Part shown: piece after piece, positions 45,957-60,370 of the stretch | How positions within the stretch are numbered: the first letter of the stretch is position 1 | How the letters are laid out: every line of letters begins with the position of its first letter | Assembly: GCA_964016885.1 (NCBI GenBank) | Contig: OZ024741.1 | Location: 323,330,001 to 323,394,000, forward strand | DNA length: 64,000 nucleotides | From: Eledone cirrhosa | Lineage: Eukaryota | Reading direction: 5' to 3' | The notes under the pieces: generated by a model | What the model was told of the DNA's origin: nothing | The model's database searches: none | The model's input: only the letters and a program-made list of their open reading frames with translations | Made by a program: the position numbers and the translations under genes

Positions 45957-47304
45957 TTATTTTTTATTCAGCGTGAAAAATGAAAAGCAAAACCAACCAA
46001 TCAATTTTATTTTAACGAGCCATTGAGTTCTTACATTTGAAGAACCCATTCAGGTAATGAAAAACAAAAGACAAGAAAATTATTTCATAACTTTATAACA
46101 ACAGATGGAACTTGACAAAAACCAGTGTGTTTACTACTCACTAACAAAACCAATACTGAACCAACAATGCAATGAACCTTGCAACCTTATTGTCAACTAA
46201 TTATCTTGTTGAATTATCAAAACACATATCGAAAATATTTCTTTGTACGAACAATGAAAACAAATCAAGAATGTAATATTATTTCTACATGACTTAGTTT
46301 AAGTTTGTGAGTCATTTCTCTTTCATTTAGGATCTTATAAACGGTAGAAACGCTTCATGCATGTACACAGACGAAAATGGATAAGAAATGCGTAGCATTA
46401 AAAAATCACCAAACCGTGCAACCCTTAAACATATCCGTATCTTCTTGTATTTTCGTTTGTGTAGCTTTTATGTAAAACAAATTCAGAGCGCAATCGACAT
46501 GAGGTAATTTCCATTAAAGAAAAAATTCCCTATAAATAGGAAACACTCTAATATACATAAATAAACAATAAACTTATGATTTGAATTCCAAAACAAAGGG
46601 AAATGCGTACAAAATAAGCTTACAGTAAAGATATTTACACTAACATCAAATTCCTGTACTGTGGTTTAAAGTGCAAGAACAATATTAATTATCTTAATCA
46701 ATGAAGACAATTAATATCGTGAGACATATTTATTGTCAGAGGGAGTCTTTAATCATAAGAACATTTATCCATATGAAGCAAGCAAAAATACTCACCAGCC
46801 AGCAAATATTTGTGTTGTCTTAAACAAGACGCATGCGTTATGGCTTGGTTAAACTCGGCAACAAGTGGACTGAAGACAGGTTCGTAGAAACGCTAGAAAT
46901 AGCTCACCAACAAACTTGTCTGTTACAACTTAATTAAAAGGGAGTAGTGAACAATAAAAAAATATATATTATAAGGTCCAAATGTACCATAGAAAGCTCA
47001 ATGAATAGTTGCGAAAAGAAACCATATTCAAGACAGTGTATATAAACAATTAATTAAATTTATGTTTTGAATTCCAAACCTAGGGAAGACGTGAGCAAAA
47101 TAAACTTTAAATAACGATATTTACATTCACATCAAATTCCCTTATTGCAGTATATATATATATACTTCGTAAATTGTTACACTTGCAACCTATAAAACTA
47201 GGACAGGATCTACCAGTTGGAATAATTCGTACGTTGAGTAAACACTACTGTAAGTGGTCTTATTGAACAATCACTTTAATTGATTACACTAATGGAATTT
47301 GAAT

Positions 47305-47411
<107 letters not shown>

Positions 47412-47676
47412 AGAATGAAACGAAATTTCATTTCTCACTCTTAGTACGGCACTTACTTAAATGTAAGTATGTATGTATACGTACATACATATATGTATAC
47501 AGACGTACAGTAGCATGTATATATATACATACAGGCACACATATATATATGCACGTATCAGTTTACCGAACATTTATTATAATGCTCGGTTTGTTCGTTT
47601 GTAAACAAACACCCTGAATTACGCCGTACAGTGTTTAGGCAACCACGTCACCTTTTTGTTCAACACTGACACAGGA

Positions 47677-47719
47677 ACGATGTACTAGTTTCAAGCTTAT
47701 TAGCTATCGTCAGCACCGT
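47677..47719 (-). ncRNA. Minimal type I hammerhead ribozyme
   Basis: ACGGTG CTGACGA T AGCT AATA AGCT T GAAA CTAG TA CATCGT. Confidence 0.85.
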
Positions 47720-47776
47720 ATACCTTTCTGCCAGATGGTTGAACGTCCGAAAGTATATACTTTCCTTATGAAAATT

Positions 47777-47819
47777 AACGGCTGACGATAGCTAATAAGC
47801 TTGAAACTAGTACATCGTT
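47777..47819 (+). ncRNA. Minimal type I hammerhead ribozyme, stem I 5' arm altered
   Basis: AACGG CTGACGA 47782-47788..GAAA 47803-47806 CTAG TA CATCGTT. Confidence 0.65.
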
Positions 47820-48093
47820 CCTGTGTCAGTGTTGAACAAAAAGGTGACGTGGTTGCTTAAACACTGTACGGCGTAACTCAGGCTGTTTGTTTGTTTACAA
47901 ACGAACAAACGGAGCATTATAATAAATGTTCGGTAAACTGATACGTGCATATATATATGTGTGCCTGTATGTATATATATACATGCTACTGTACGTCTGT
48001 ATACATATATGTATGTACGTATCCATACATACATTACATTTAAGTATCAGCCGTACTAAGGGTGAGAAATGAAATTTCGTTTCATTCTTTTCC

Positions 48094-48480
<387 letters not shown>

Positions 48481-48677
48481 AAAAGATAAACAGAAATAAC
48501 AACACAATCGGTAAAGTATATGGAAGGAATATATTAGGTTAACGCTTGAAATAGCAGGAAGAGGGTCTTAACGTTTCGGACGCTAGTTACGAAAAGTCGA
48601 CAACGAAAAACAACACGAAGAACAATACAGTACAATGGTAAATATATTAATTTAACGCTCTATATAGTAGAAAAAGA

Positions 48678-48714
48678 ATCTTAACGTTTCGGGCTTTGTC
48701 CTTCATCGAAAGAT
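48678..48714 (-). ncRNA. Degenerate minimal hammerhead motif (TCGATGA core)
   Basis: ATCTT TCGATGA A GGAC AAA GCCC GAAA CGTT AAGAT. Confidence 0.5.
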
Positions 48715-48867
48715 AGAATGAGAGATAGAAGAAGAAATAGATAGGTAGACGAGAGTAAGAAAATGGAAGAAAACAGGTAAAAAAAAGGGAAAACAAGGAA
48801 AAAAGAAAAATCAAAATCAGGAAAAATGTGTGTATGGTGTATGTTATGCAAATGTTTACCTCTGTGC

Positions 48868-49006
48868 TTACGTTATGTCCCGTAACTTAGCAGTTCGATA
48901 AAAAGAGATCGATAAAACAAGTAGTGCGTCGATATGAACAACTAAAACCCTTTCAAGGCGGTGCTCCAGCATGACCGCAGTCTAGTGACCGAAACAAATA
49001 AAAGAA
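48868..49006 (+). mobile_element. SINE fragment with LINE-like 3' tail
   Basis: AAGGCGGTGCTCCAGCATGACCGCAG..GAAACAAATAAAAGA resembles the LINE 3' end at 3534-3590. Confidence 0.6.
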
Positions 49007-49019
49007 TGCAAGTTTATTA

Positions 49020-49353
49020 ATAATTGTTTCTACTATTGGCACAAGGCCAGCAATTAACCAGGAAATTACTGGTACTTTATTTTATCGACCCCCGTAAGGA
49101 TGAAATGCAAAGTTAACCTCGGCGGGATTTGAACTCAGAATGGCAAGGGCCGTAACTCTATGCGTCAGAGCATGGCGTCCGACCCGCTACCGATATTGCC
49201 AATCCACCGATGGAATAATTCGTACGTTGAGTAAACACTACTGTAAGTGGTCTTTGATTCTTATTGAACAATCAATTTAATTGATTACACTAATGGAATT
49301 TGAATAATTCTCTCTCTCTCTCTCTCTCTCTCCATACATATATACATATATAT

Positions 49354-49432
<79 letters not shown>

Positions 49433-49854
49433 TATAAGTTTATTAATAATGGTTTCTTATATAGGCACAAGGCCAGTAATTTTGGGGGAGGGCAAAGTCG
49501 ATTAAATCTACCCCACGTGTGACTTTATTTTATCAACCCCGTAAGGATGAAGGCAAAGTTAACCTCGGCGGGATTTGAACTCAGAACATAAAGGGCCGTA
49601 ACTCTATGCTGCAAAACAAGGCTTCTGACCATCTACCGATACTGCCAATCCACCACCCTCAAGTTTATTAATAATTGTTTCTACTTTTGGCACAAGGCCA
49701 GCAATTACCCAGTACATTACTGGTACTTTATTTTATCGACCCCGTAAGGATGAAAGGCAAAGTTAACCTCGGCGGGATTTGAACTCAGAATAGAAAGGGC
49801 CGTAACTCTATGCGTCAAAGCATGGCGTCCGACCCACTACCGATACTGCCAATC
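49020..49854 (-). mobile_element. Three tRNA-derived SINEs (49020-49206, 49448-49651, 49673-49854)
   Basis: Same SINE family. Confidence 0.85.
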
Positions 49855-50024
49855 AAGTTTATTAATAATAAAAATGTAAACAAGCCAATGAGATATCGAT
49901 CAACTTTCCCTGACCCTAAACAACATCTATAAGAAGAAGAAGAGAAGCGGGGAAGAAGAAAATGAAAAAGATGTAGACGATGACGACGATAACGGTAACG
50001 ACGATGACGACGAAAGAGAAGAAA

Positions 50025-51630
50025 AATAACAACAATAACAATATCAACAACTACAGTAACAACATTAACAACAATAATAACAACAGTAACCACCACCAAT
50101 AACAATAACAACAACAATAACAACAACAATAACAACAGTAACCACCACCAATAACAATAACAACAACAATAACAACAATAACAACAGTAACCACCACCAA
50201 TAACAATAACAACAACAATTACAACAACAATAACAACAGTAACCACCACCAATAACAATAACAACAACAATAACAACAATAACAACAGTAACCACCACCA
50301 ATAACAATAACAACAACGATAACAACAACAATAACAACAGTAACCACCACCAATAACAATAACAACAATAACAACAACAATAACAACAACAATAACAACA
50401 GTAACCACCACCAATAACAATAACAATAACAATAACAACAACAATAACGACAGTAACCACCACCAATAACAATAACAACAACGATAACAACAACAATAAC
50501 AACAGTAACCACCACCAATAACAATAACAACAAAAATAACAACAATAACAACAGTAACCACCACCAATAACAATAACAACAACGATAACAACAACAATAA
50601 CAACAGTAACCACCACCAATAACAATAACAACAATAACAACAATAACAACAACAATAACAACAACAATAACAACAACAATAACAACAACAATAACAACAA
50701 CAATAACAACAACAATAACAACAGTAACCACCACCAATAACAATAACAATAACAATAACAACAACAATAACGACAGTAACCACCACCAATAACAATAACA
50801 ACAACGATAACAACAACAATAACAACAGTAACCACCACCAATAACAATAACAACAATAACAACAACAATAACGACAGTAACCACCACCAATAACAATAAC
50901 AACAACGATAACAACAACAATAACAACAGTAACCACCACCAATAACAATAACAACAATAACAACAACAATAACAACAACAATAACAACAACAATAACAAC
51001 AGTAACCACCACCAATAACAATAACAATAACAATAACAACAACAATAACGACAGTAACCACCACCAATAACAATAACAACAACAATAACAACAACAATAA
51101 CAACAACAATAACAACAACAATAACAATAACATCAAAACCAACAACAACATCAACAATACCTGCAACAACAATAACAGCAACAACAAGAACAATACCACC
51201 ACCACCACCAATACCAGCAACGGCAGCAGAAGCAACACCACCACTACCACTACCACCGTCACAATCACCACCACCACCACCACCACCACCACCACCATCA
51301 CCACCAGCACCATTACCACCACTATCACCACTATCACCACCACCACCACCACCACCACCACCACCATTACCACTACCACCACCACTATCACCACTATCAC
51401 CACCACCACCACCACCACCACCACCACCACCACCACCATTACCACCATTACCACTACCACCACCACTATCACCACCACCACCACCACCGCCACCACCACC
51501 ATTACCACCATTACCACTACCACCACCACTATCACCACCACCACCACCACCACCACCACCACCACCACCACCACCATTACCACCATTACCACTACCACCA
51601 CCACTATCACTACCACCACCATCACCACCA
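50025..51630. repeat. AAC/AAT minisatellite punctuated by AGTAACCACCACC, then (ACC)n
   Basis: Direct reading. Confidence 0.95.
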
Positions 51631-51829
51631 AAAAAACAACAATATCAGTAAAACCAATGAAGTATTTTAGCTTCTTCCTTCGTCTTCACCATCGTCTGCC
51701 GCCATTCAACTTTCGCCCTACCTCACGTTACATTGTTAACGGCCTTTCAACGGCTTCTAATCGATTTAGGTTAAAAATAAAATTTATAAAATAATATAGT
51801 AATATGTAGTGGAAAAATATATATATCAA

Positions 51830-52340
51830 CCAGCAGCAGCAGTAGCACCACTACTATCACTATCAACACCACCACCATCAACATCATCACCAACACCACC
51901 ACCACCACCACCAGCATCACCACCACCACCTCTACCAACAACACCACCATCAACACCATCAAGACCACCACCACCATCACCACCACCATTACCTCCGGTA
52001 CCAGCAGCATCAACACCCCGATCACCACGACGACCACCACCACCACCACCACCACCACCACCACCACCACCACCACCATCGCCGCCACTATCGACCGCTA
52101 CCACCACCACCACCACCACCACCACCATCGCCGCCACTATCGACCGCTACCACCACCACCACCACCACCACCACCACCATCGCCGCCACTATCGACCGCT
52201 ACCACCACCACCACCACCACCACCACCACCGCCACCACCACCACCACCACCACCAACACCACCACCACCACCACCACCACCAACACCACCACCATCACCA
52301 CCACCACCACTACCACCACCAACATCACCCCCCCTCACCA
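51830..52340. repeat. (ACC)n-rich repeat with ATCGCCGCCACTATCGACCGCT units
   Basis: Direct reading; the poly-Pro ORF is an artefact. Confidence 0.9.
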
Positions 52341-53426
52341 TCAATATCTTTAGTTATTAATTAATTCCTGGTGGGTTAGTTTCTATTGTGAGATATCAAG
52401 ATTTCAATATCAATCGATTGATTATTGCCCATAAACAATTACATCTCACGCACCAATTGAACCAATCATCCTCCTAAGTGGTGTAATCGACCGACTGGAA
52501 ATAGCAGCCAAATCAGCTACATTCAACAAATGGGAAGGACACATTAGTTAATGCATTGTTGGTTTTTAATCTTCAATTAGTTTTATTTGCTAAAGTGCAG
52601 CTCAGTTGGGGCTCCGCTTTAAATGGATTTAATGGATCATGTCGACCCCTAGCATTTACTTTTTCAAGTCTGTTACTTATTTTATTCATCTCTGTTTGTC
52701 GAATCGCTAAGTTACATAACACAAACACACACAAACATATACACATACTCACACGCATTCTTTCTCTCCTCCTCTCTTTCCATCTTTCTCATTCACACAC
52801 ACACACACAATACACATCCACACACACACATACAACACTCACACACATCCACACACACACACATACAACACTCACACACACACACACACACACACAACAC
52901 ACACACACTCACCCCACCCCCACACATATGACGGGTTTCTCCACGCCACCATCACTCCCAAACAACCACAACAAGAACAACAATTCCATCATCGTATTAA
53001 AAACTATTTTAATGTCTAATTAATTATGAGTTAGTCTTGATGTTTTATGTGATGGTGGAGGTGGTGGCGGTTCGATAAGGGATATAGGGTGTGGGTAGGG
53101 ATTTTGGTATCATATTGTTATTGATGACGTAATTGACTTGATTGATCTCAGCACGTGAAAGTCAAACGCTAAGATGGAGTGATCAATAACTAATTAAGTA
53201 AAAAGCCTGATTGATTTTTTGATCGACCCGGCGCTCCAGACATGGACACGAAACCGAGAACCATATTTTTTTGTTTAATCGTTTCTTTACTATATTTCTA
53301 ATGAAATTGTCTAAAATTGTCTAAAATTTTCAATTAACTTTGAAAATAATCACAAATTTAGCGGAATTTAGTAATATAACTAATTTCTCATTAGTATAAG
53401 TTAACAAAGGTTCTTACATAAAATTA

Positions 53427-53626
53427 CAGATCTGTCAACTCACCCCCTCCGACGAGGAGATCTCCCATCCACTTTGGAGTGGGTAACAGATATCTTCTCT
53501 TGTGAAAATGGATATATGTAAAATATCTATGTAAAATATCCCCATTTTGCCTCATTTCTCCCCCTTTTGGGGCACTTTTTTTCATGGTACTCCCTGTTTG
53601 GTTTTTTAGAGAGGTTGGCAGGTCTG
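53427..53626. mobile_element. 200-bp MITE with 5-bp TSD (hAT5-like)
   Basis: TIRs CAGATCTGTCAAC/GTTGGCAGGTCTG; AATTA at 53422-53426 and 53627-53631. Confidence 0.7.
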
Positions 53627-53889
53627 AATTATGATAGGAGGCTTTTAAATAAATATAAACACTAATTCTTTCGTTACCATATTTCTAATGAAATTCATTT
53701 CTTACGATTTTCCATTAATTTTGAGAATAAACAAGAATTTGCTGGTGTTCAGAACATTTTGAATTTAACCCTCCAATACGTGTTTTTCTCAACAAGAGGT
53801 CTTCCTCTATTTTAGAGGTCATATGTCAATATGGCATTGAACTGCTAGATTCCGCAAGCTGGCATTTTGTATAGTTGTCTGCAGTTTAA

Positions 53890-54085
53890 CCCTTTAGCAT
53901 TTAAACTGGCCGTATCCAGCTAGAATTCTTTCACCTCTTTATGTTTAAACTGGCGGTAACTAGCCACTCATACTAATGTTTAGGTATTGTTCTCAAAATA
54001 AATAACATCAAAATCTCATAGATTCGATATTATGTGAGATAAAGCCTTTACTGCGAAAATATAATAGTATATATAGAGTAAAGGG
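53890..54085. mobile_element. piggyBac-like MITE (TTAA TSD)
   Basis: TTAA|CCCTTTA..TAAAGGG|TTAA. Confidence 0.7.
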
Positions 54086-54696
54086 TTAAAACGAAAATGG
54101 TGAGATGGGCATTCTACTGAGGACGAGCAGCAGCCCAAATTGGGTAATATCTGCTAATATAACACTGTTAATAACTTTGGTAGACAGAATGCTGCGCAGA
54201 AACGAAATCCGTCCACGAATTTGATCCGGAAGTATCATTACCAAAACACTAATTAACTAATTGTGTACGCTCTGAATGATAGTTTGTACTTTCTCGCTTG
54301 CAAGCTTATCTCATTGAGTGGCGGTGGCTGGAAATCGCTGAAATAAATTCGGTGATTTTCGTATATTGTGTAAAGGTTATATATGAAATTATGATGAAAG
54401 GTTTTTAGATAAATATAAATAATTTAAAATGAGAGGTTTTGTATTATAAAATCATGGACAGTTTCAGGCGGGTTGATATCAAAAGGTTTAAAGACAGAAT
54501 TGACCTCTGAATTACAAGGATCAATTATTGTGCAACCGAATGAAATTGATCGATATTAAGTATTGATTGAAAATAGTTTTAAAAACAGACACATTTTGTA
54601 GATCTCTAGTATTTTCCTCGTATTTATTAGATCGTATTCTGAAGAATAAAGTGCAAAGTCAACTTTGGTCGTAGAATCTAAAGGCTTTTTACTTAA

Positions 54697-54917
54697 ACCT
54701 TTAGCATTTAAACCAGCCATATCCAACCAGAATTCTCTCACCTCTTTCTGTTCAAACCAGCCGTAACCGGCCACTCATATTGATGTTAAGCTATTGTTCT
54801 CAAAATGATTATGATCAAAATCTCATAGATTCGATATTATGCGAGATAATTGTGTAAGATAAAGCCTTTACCGTGAAAATACAATAGTATATCTAGGGTA
54901 ATGTAAACGCTAAAGGG
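54697..54917. mobile_element. piggyBac-like MITE, second copy
   Basis: TTAA|ACCTTTAGCATTTA..TAAACGCTAAAGGG|TTAA; similar to 53890-54085. Confidence 0.7.
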
Positions 54918-55009
54918 TTAAGGATATTATCTAGCAATTTATCAATTCGGTTAACCTCTTATACTCTCTAATAATTCACTATAAAATCCAAACTCGTTAT
55001 CTTCAATTC

Positions 55010-55436
55010 GGTATTGTGTCAACCCTTACCTGTGGTCATGAATCTTGGGTAATGACCGAAAGAATAGAATCACGAATACAAGCGACCGAAATGGGGTCCC
55101 TCCGAAGGGTCTTTAAAGTAACGTTACTCAATAGAGTGCGTAGCTCGGAGATCAGACAGTCACTCCAAGTAGAGCCGCTACTTCTAATTGAGAGATCATA
55201 ACTCCGATACTATGTGCATGTGGTTAGAAGGTATCAGGAAAGAATCGCTGAACAGATTTTACGGGCAAAAGCAACCGGTAGGAGACCCAGTGGTAGACGC
55301 CGAGCAAGTCGGTTGGTCTCGCTTGGGAATCCAGCCGGATGAGTTGGAGGCGGTTGCTTCTGACAGGATCAGCTGTAAGGAGTGTTTGAGGACTCTTCCC
55401 CCACAACCCTCTCAGGAATAAGTGGGCGAAGAAGAA
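55010..55436 (+). mobile_element. RTE-clade LINE 3' fragment, frameshifted
   Basis: LTCGHESWVMTERIESRIQATEM..LRR..RVRSSEIRQSLQVEPLLL, GRRPSGR. Confidence 0.75.
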
Positions 55437-55485
55437 TTCACTGTTATCTATATTATACCACAATTCTCTATGTTAATTTACTGTT

Positions 55486-55664
55486 ATTGACAGTATCGGT
55501 AGAGGGTTGGACGCCATGCTTTCAAGCATAGTTACGTCCCTTTACGGTCTGAGTTCAAATCCCGTCGAGGTTAACTTTGTCTTTCATCCTTACGGGGTCG
55601 ATAAAATACAGTACCAGTAATGTACTGGGTAATTGCTGGCCTTGTGCCAAAAGTAGAAACAATT
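55486..55664 (+). mobile_element. tRNA-derived SINE inserted into a minisatellite
   Basis: A box, B box and core. Confidence 0.8.
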
Positions 55665-55950
55665 ATTCTCTATAATAATTCACTGTTATATATATTTACC
55701 ATTATTCACTATATTAATTCACTGTTATCTATATTATACCATTCACTATATTAATTCACTGTTATCTATATTATACCATTCACTATATTAATTCACTGTT
55801 ATCTATATTATATCATTATTCTCTGTATTAATTCACTGTTATCTATATTATACCATTCACTATATTAATTCACTGTTATATATATATTATACCTTTATTC
55901 TCTATAATAATTCACTGTTATCTATATTATATCATTATTCTCTGTATTAT
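55665..55950. repeat. ~36-39-bp minisatellite (TAATTCACTGTTATCTATATTATACCATT..)
   Basis: Direct reading; a further unit at ~55435-55485. Confidence 0.85.
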
Positions 55951-57699
55951 AACAGAAGACACTTGCTCAAAGTGCCGCGTAGTTAGACTGAAACAGAAAT
56001 TATATGGTTGTGAAGTGAACTCCTTAACCACATAGCCGTGCCTGAGCATATGGTCAAACATAAGCGGTGGTTTGACCAAAATGCTTTGTAGCATTTGATT
56101 CTGTTCGAGTAACGTCCTTTATATCAAGGTGGCTTTTGTTTTCATTCCTTACTTGCTATATCGCTAAATTACATACAACACAAAGTACTGGGGTCGATAC
56201 GATGAACTAAAAATCAACAACCATAGTAAAAACTGAAACAAGTAATAGAAAAAACATAGAATTTATAAAAATACTTAGGCGCCACAAATTTTCTTAGTTC
56301 GGAGCGGAGTTGGTGGTCCGGAGGTGCAATCCTCACGAGGTGAAGTGGCAGTTCCAACGCGTCTCCTTCGCCGTCCACGGGGCAATGTCTTCTCCATCCT
56401 GTCGGGCGAGGCCACGAGGCGGACGATATATTAGTGTAGAAGCAAGGTGGCAGTCTTCAGACGAAAGGGTTAATAATGTTCACATACACACTCACACAAT
56501 GTACATTATAGTAATAACGTTTCCGACTTAATTGACCCCTTATACTCTCCATATTAAAGAAATGCCCAAGTGTCGCTTTAAGATCACTAATTCGTCTTAT
56601 TTCAGAAGGAGAGCCACATTTTAACTAATTCACAAAACAAATTCGCCTAAGTTTCGACTTTAATATGACATTCAACCAAATGAAATACTCTCTGGGGGGT
56701 ATTGAAATATATTGATTATTTTTATCGATCCACTAAATTTTTTCTTTGATATTTTTTTAATCGATTGTCTAAAAGATTTTGTTTTGTTTTGTTTCGTTTG
56801 GCTCTTCTAAATGGCTAGCAGAGGAATTCTTCTTGGCTGTGTATAGTTGTTTATTGTAGGGTTTCCGTCAGGTTCAACGACTGGTGTTACATTCGTTTGA
56901 TCAACGGAATAGCCTGCTCGTGGAATTATCGCACAAGCGACTGAGCTTTCCACAGAGTTCTCAAGGAGATTCAGCGTGACATAACGTGTGACAAGGTCGG
57001 CCCTTTGAATTACTGGTTTATTTATTTATTTCCAAGTAAGTAGACTGTAACATTGAGAAATAAAGTGTCTTGCCCAAGGACATAATGTGTCACCGGGAAT
57101 CGAACTCATGACCTTATGATTGGAAGTCAAATACTTTAACCCATATGACAAGCGCTTTCACTGTCTGTCTCTCTGATTGCCTGTCTGTCTGTATGTACAC
57201 TTTTCTTATAAGGATAAAGATACCATAACTCCTTATGGAGTCGTAGAGGCATCATCAAACGGCGTGTCTAGGACACTTTTAAACCTGGGGGAGCCGAACC
57301 CTCTCCAGGTCTGAACACAGCCAACCTTTTTTTCCTATAGGGGGAGAATCGACCCCAGTACAGGACTGGTACTTTTTTTTTTCGACCTCGATCGAAAAGA
57401 TGAAAGGCAAAGTTGACCACGGCGGGATTTGAACCTGCGGTCAGTAGTAACTAATGATGTTGATCTTTTCTTCTTTTCGGGTTATAGCTACTGTCGTTCA
57501 GAGAGTGGGATTGGTTCAGTGCACAGTCTTTCCTCACTTGAAAAAATATCTTCATATTTTTCAAGAAAAAACACATTTAAAAAAAATTTATCAGTTCATA
57601 TAATTAAATCAACAGAGTATATGTTTATTTTATTACACAAGCTTATCAAAAGCAAACAAGTAAAAATGAATAACACATATAAAGCAACTTATACACGTC

Positions 57700-58790
57700 A
57701 GAAATGACTGGATTTCCTGGATTTGCGGTTGTAGTCCAGGTCGCATTCCCGCACTAGCCCCCCCAGATATAGTCCCCTATCATTTTTTCTTTGTAGTGGC
57801 CCTGATACCTCCGCTCTATCTCTTTCACATCTTGGTGGAATCGTTCGCCTTGTTCTTCTGAGTAGGCGCCCATATTGTCCTTGAATTTTTCCAGGTGAGC
57901 GTCCAGCATATGGAGTTTAAGCGACATCCTGCATCCCATGGCGCCAAAAGCCTTTATCAGATCCTGCACCAGTTGCTGGTAGTTTTCAGCTCTGTAGTTG
58001 CCCAGGAAACCCTTAACAACTGCCTTGAAACAGTTCCATTCTGTTCTCTCAATCCCATTGAGCTTATTGGAGAACTCGGTAGACTCAAACGCCTTCTTTA
58101 TCTGAGGTCCAACAAAAATTCCACCTTTGATTTTGGCCTCAGATAACTTGTGGAAGAACTCAAGAAGGTACTTAAAAGCGGCTGATTCTTGGTTGAGAGC
58201 CTTCACAAACTGCTTCATCAACCCCAACTTAATGTGCAGTGGCGGCATGAGCACAATCCTGTGATCAACCAGTGGCTCCCATATGACGTTCCAGGTCCCA
58301 ACTACAAATTCTGTTCGCTGCTCCCAGTTCTTTTGTAGTGGTCAGAGGTGGCTCTGCTGTCCCAAAGGCAGAGGAAGCATTGGAATTTGATAAAGCCTCC
58401 TTGGAGTCCAAGCAGGAAAGCCACCATCTTGAAGTCTCCAATGATTTCTCAATTGTACTGGTTGTATTGCAGAGCTTCCAAGAGGACTTTCACACTGTAG
58501 TAATCTTCCTTCAGGTAGACTGAATGAGCTAGGGGCAGTGTCGGGAAATTGTTTCCATTGTGGAGGAGGACAGCCTTCAAACTTGTGGTGGAGCTGTCTA
58601 TAAATAGCCGCCACTCCTTGGGCACAAACGGCACCCAATAACGTCAAACAGTCCAGGCACGTCATGGCAGAAGCAGAGGCTATCCCTAAGAGTGTAAAAG
58701 CCTGAGAAAGGTTCGTGTCAACTTCTCTGACTTGTCACCTGCACTTCCTCCTTGACCAAGTTCCACTGCTTCATCCTGGAGACGAATGCT
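57700..58790 (-). pseudogene. Chapaev-like (CMC) transposase remnant
   Basis: EWRLFIDSSTTSLKAVLLHNGN, PPLHIKLGLMKQFVKAL, KLSEAKIKGGIFVGPQI, MSLKLHML, SEEQGERFHQD; stops and frameshifts. Confidence 0.8.
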
Positions 58791-59217
58791 TAAAACACAA
58801 CTTACCTTTTATTCAGGGTACGAAAATCCAGTATCATTAAATCTCTTTAATCCACTTTTTAACAATTTTATACTTTATTGCACTTTTATAATTTTCTTTA
58901 GGTATTACTCTTTATTTTATAATTTTAATTTAACCTGAAACATATATAAAAAAAATCATTTAACATAAGCAAATTAAACTTACATACAACAAAAAATCCA
59001 GCATACAAATAATAATAGTGAATAGCTTAGAATTTAAAAAGAACCCAAACTTTTAACTGTTTAATAGCACTTTTTTATTTACTTGGGACCTAAGCAACAC
59101 AAAAAAGTGATTACAAGCCAGGAACAGAGAAAAACATTTTTTTTTTGTTACACGGTGTTATTAATAATGGTATATCGTGTAATGGCCATACTCGTTAACG
59201 ATGGAGAAGCCATCATC

Positions 59218-59320
59218 ATGTATGTATGTATGTATGTATGTATGTATGTATGTATGTATGTATGTATGTATGTATGTATGTATGTATGTATGTATGTATG
59301 TATGTATGTATGTATATGTA
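59218..59320. repeat. (ATGT)n microsatellite
   Basis: Direct reading. Confidence 0.95.
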
Positions 59321-59879
59321 TGCATGTATATGCAAGTATACATATGTATATATATGCGCGGAGACATAGAAATAATCGGGCTGGATACCCAATCGCACGG
59401 TTAACCACTGGGAGTGAAGGACCCCTAGCCTTTGTCAGGGCATTCTTCTAGGAGAAGGCAACTCAGGAAACTGGGATAACTCCGACATAAAACCTGCGGC
59501 TCAGCAGTTACCGATGATGTTGATCTTTTCTTCTTTTCAGGTTATAGCTACTGTCGCTCAGAGAGTGGGATTGGCTCAGTGCACAGTCTTTCCTCACTTA
59601 AAAAAAAATCTTCACGCACAGGCATTGCACGATAGAATTAATTAATAATTATTGATAATGTTATATCGTGCATTGACCATACTCGATAACGAGGGGGCAG
59701 CCATCATTTATGTGTGTGTTTGTATGTTGGCTGGCTGATTGATGATCTGCAAGAATTATCAGACAATGTTTAAAAAGACATTATAAAATGTAGTCCTAAA
59801 TACACTTTGTCGGAAAAATGAAAACAAGGGAAGGTGGCGACTAGAATACATTTGATTATAAATCTCATGAATCAGTACT

Positions 59880-60370
59880 AAAACACTAACAACAGCAACA
59901 GCAACAACACAAACACTAACAACAGCAACAGCAACAACAACACAAACACTAACAAGAACAACAGCAGCAACAACACAAACACTAACAAGAACAACAACAA
60001 CAACAGCTGCAACAACATAAACACTAACAACAACAACAACAGCAGCAGCAATAACATAAACACTAACAACAACAACAACAGCAACAACATAAACACTAAC
60101 AACAACAACAACAGCAACAACATAAACACTAACAAGAACAACAGCAGCAACAACACAAACACTAACAAGAACAACAACAACAACAGCTGCAACAACATAA
60201 ACACTAACAACAACAACAACAACAGCAACAGCAATAACATAAACACTAACAACAACAACAACAGCAACAACAGCAGCAGCAATAACATAAACACTAACAA
60301 CAACAACAACAGCAGCAACAACATAAACATTAACAAGAAGAACAATAACACAGCAGCAACACCAATAACA
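59880..60370. repeat. AAC-rich minisatellite (AAACACTAACAAC..)
   Basis: Direct reading. Confidence 0.9.

Larger units (their letters stand above)
47412..48088. repeat. ~305-bp inverted repeat (47412-47714/47781-48088), 66-bp spacer, divergent HHRs at inner ends, TA-flanked
   Basis: Arms complementary by eye. Confidence 0.9.

Noticed and set aside
46870-46900. CTGAAGA..GAAAC
   Set aside because: No stem I or stem II
49815-52360. Poly-Leu/Val/Pro ORFs
   Set aside because: Trinucleotide-based repeats with no domain or splice evidence
54117-54215. CTGAGGA..GCAGCA/TGCTGC..GAAACG..CGTC hammerhead-like arrangement
   Set aside because: No stem I pairing, and the stem II base does not abut the core
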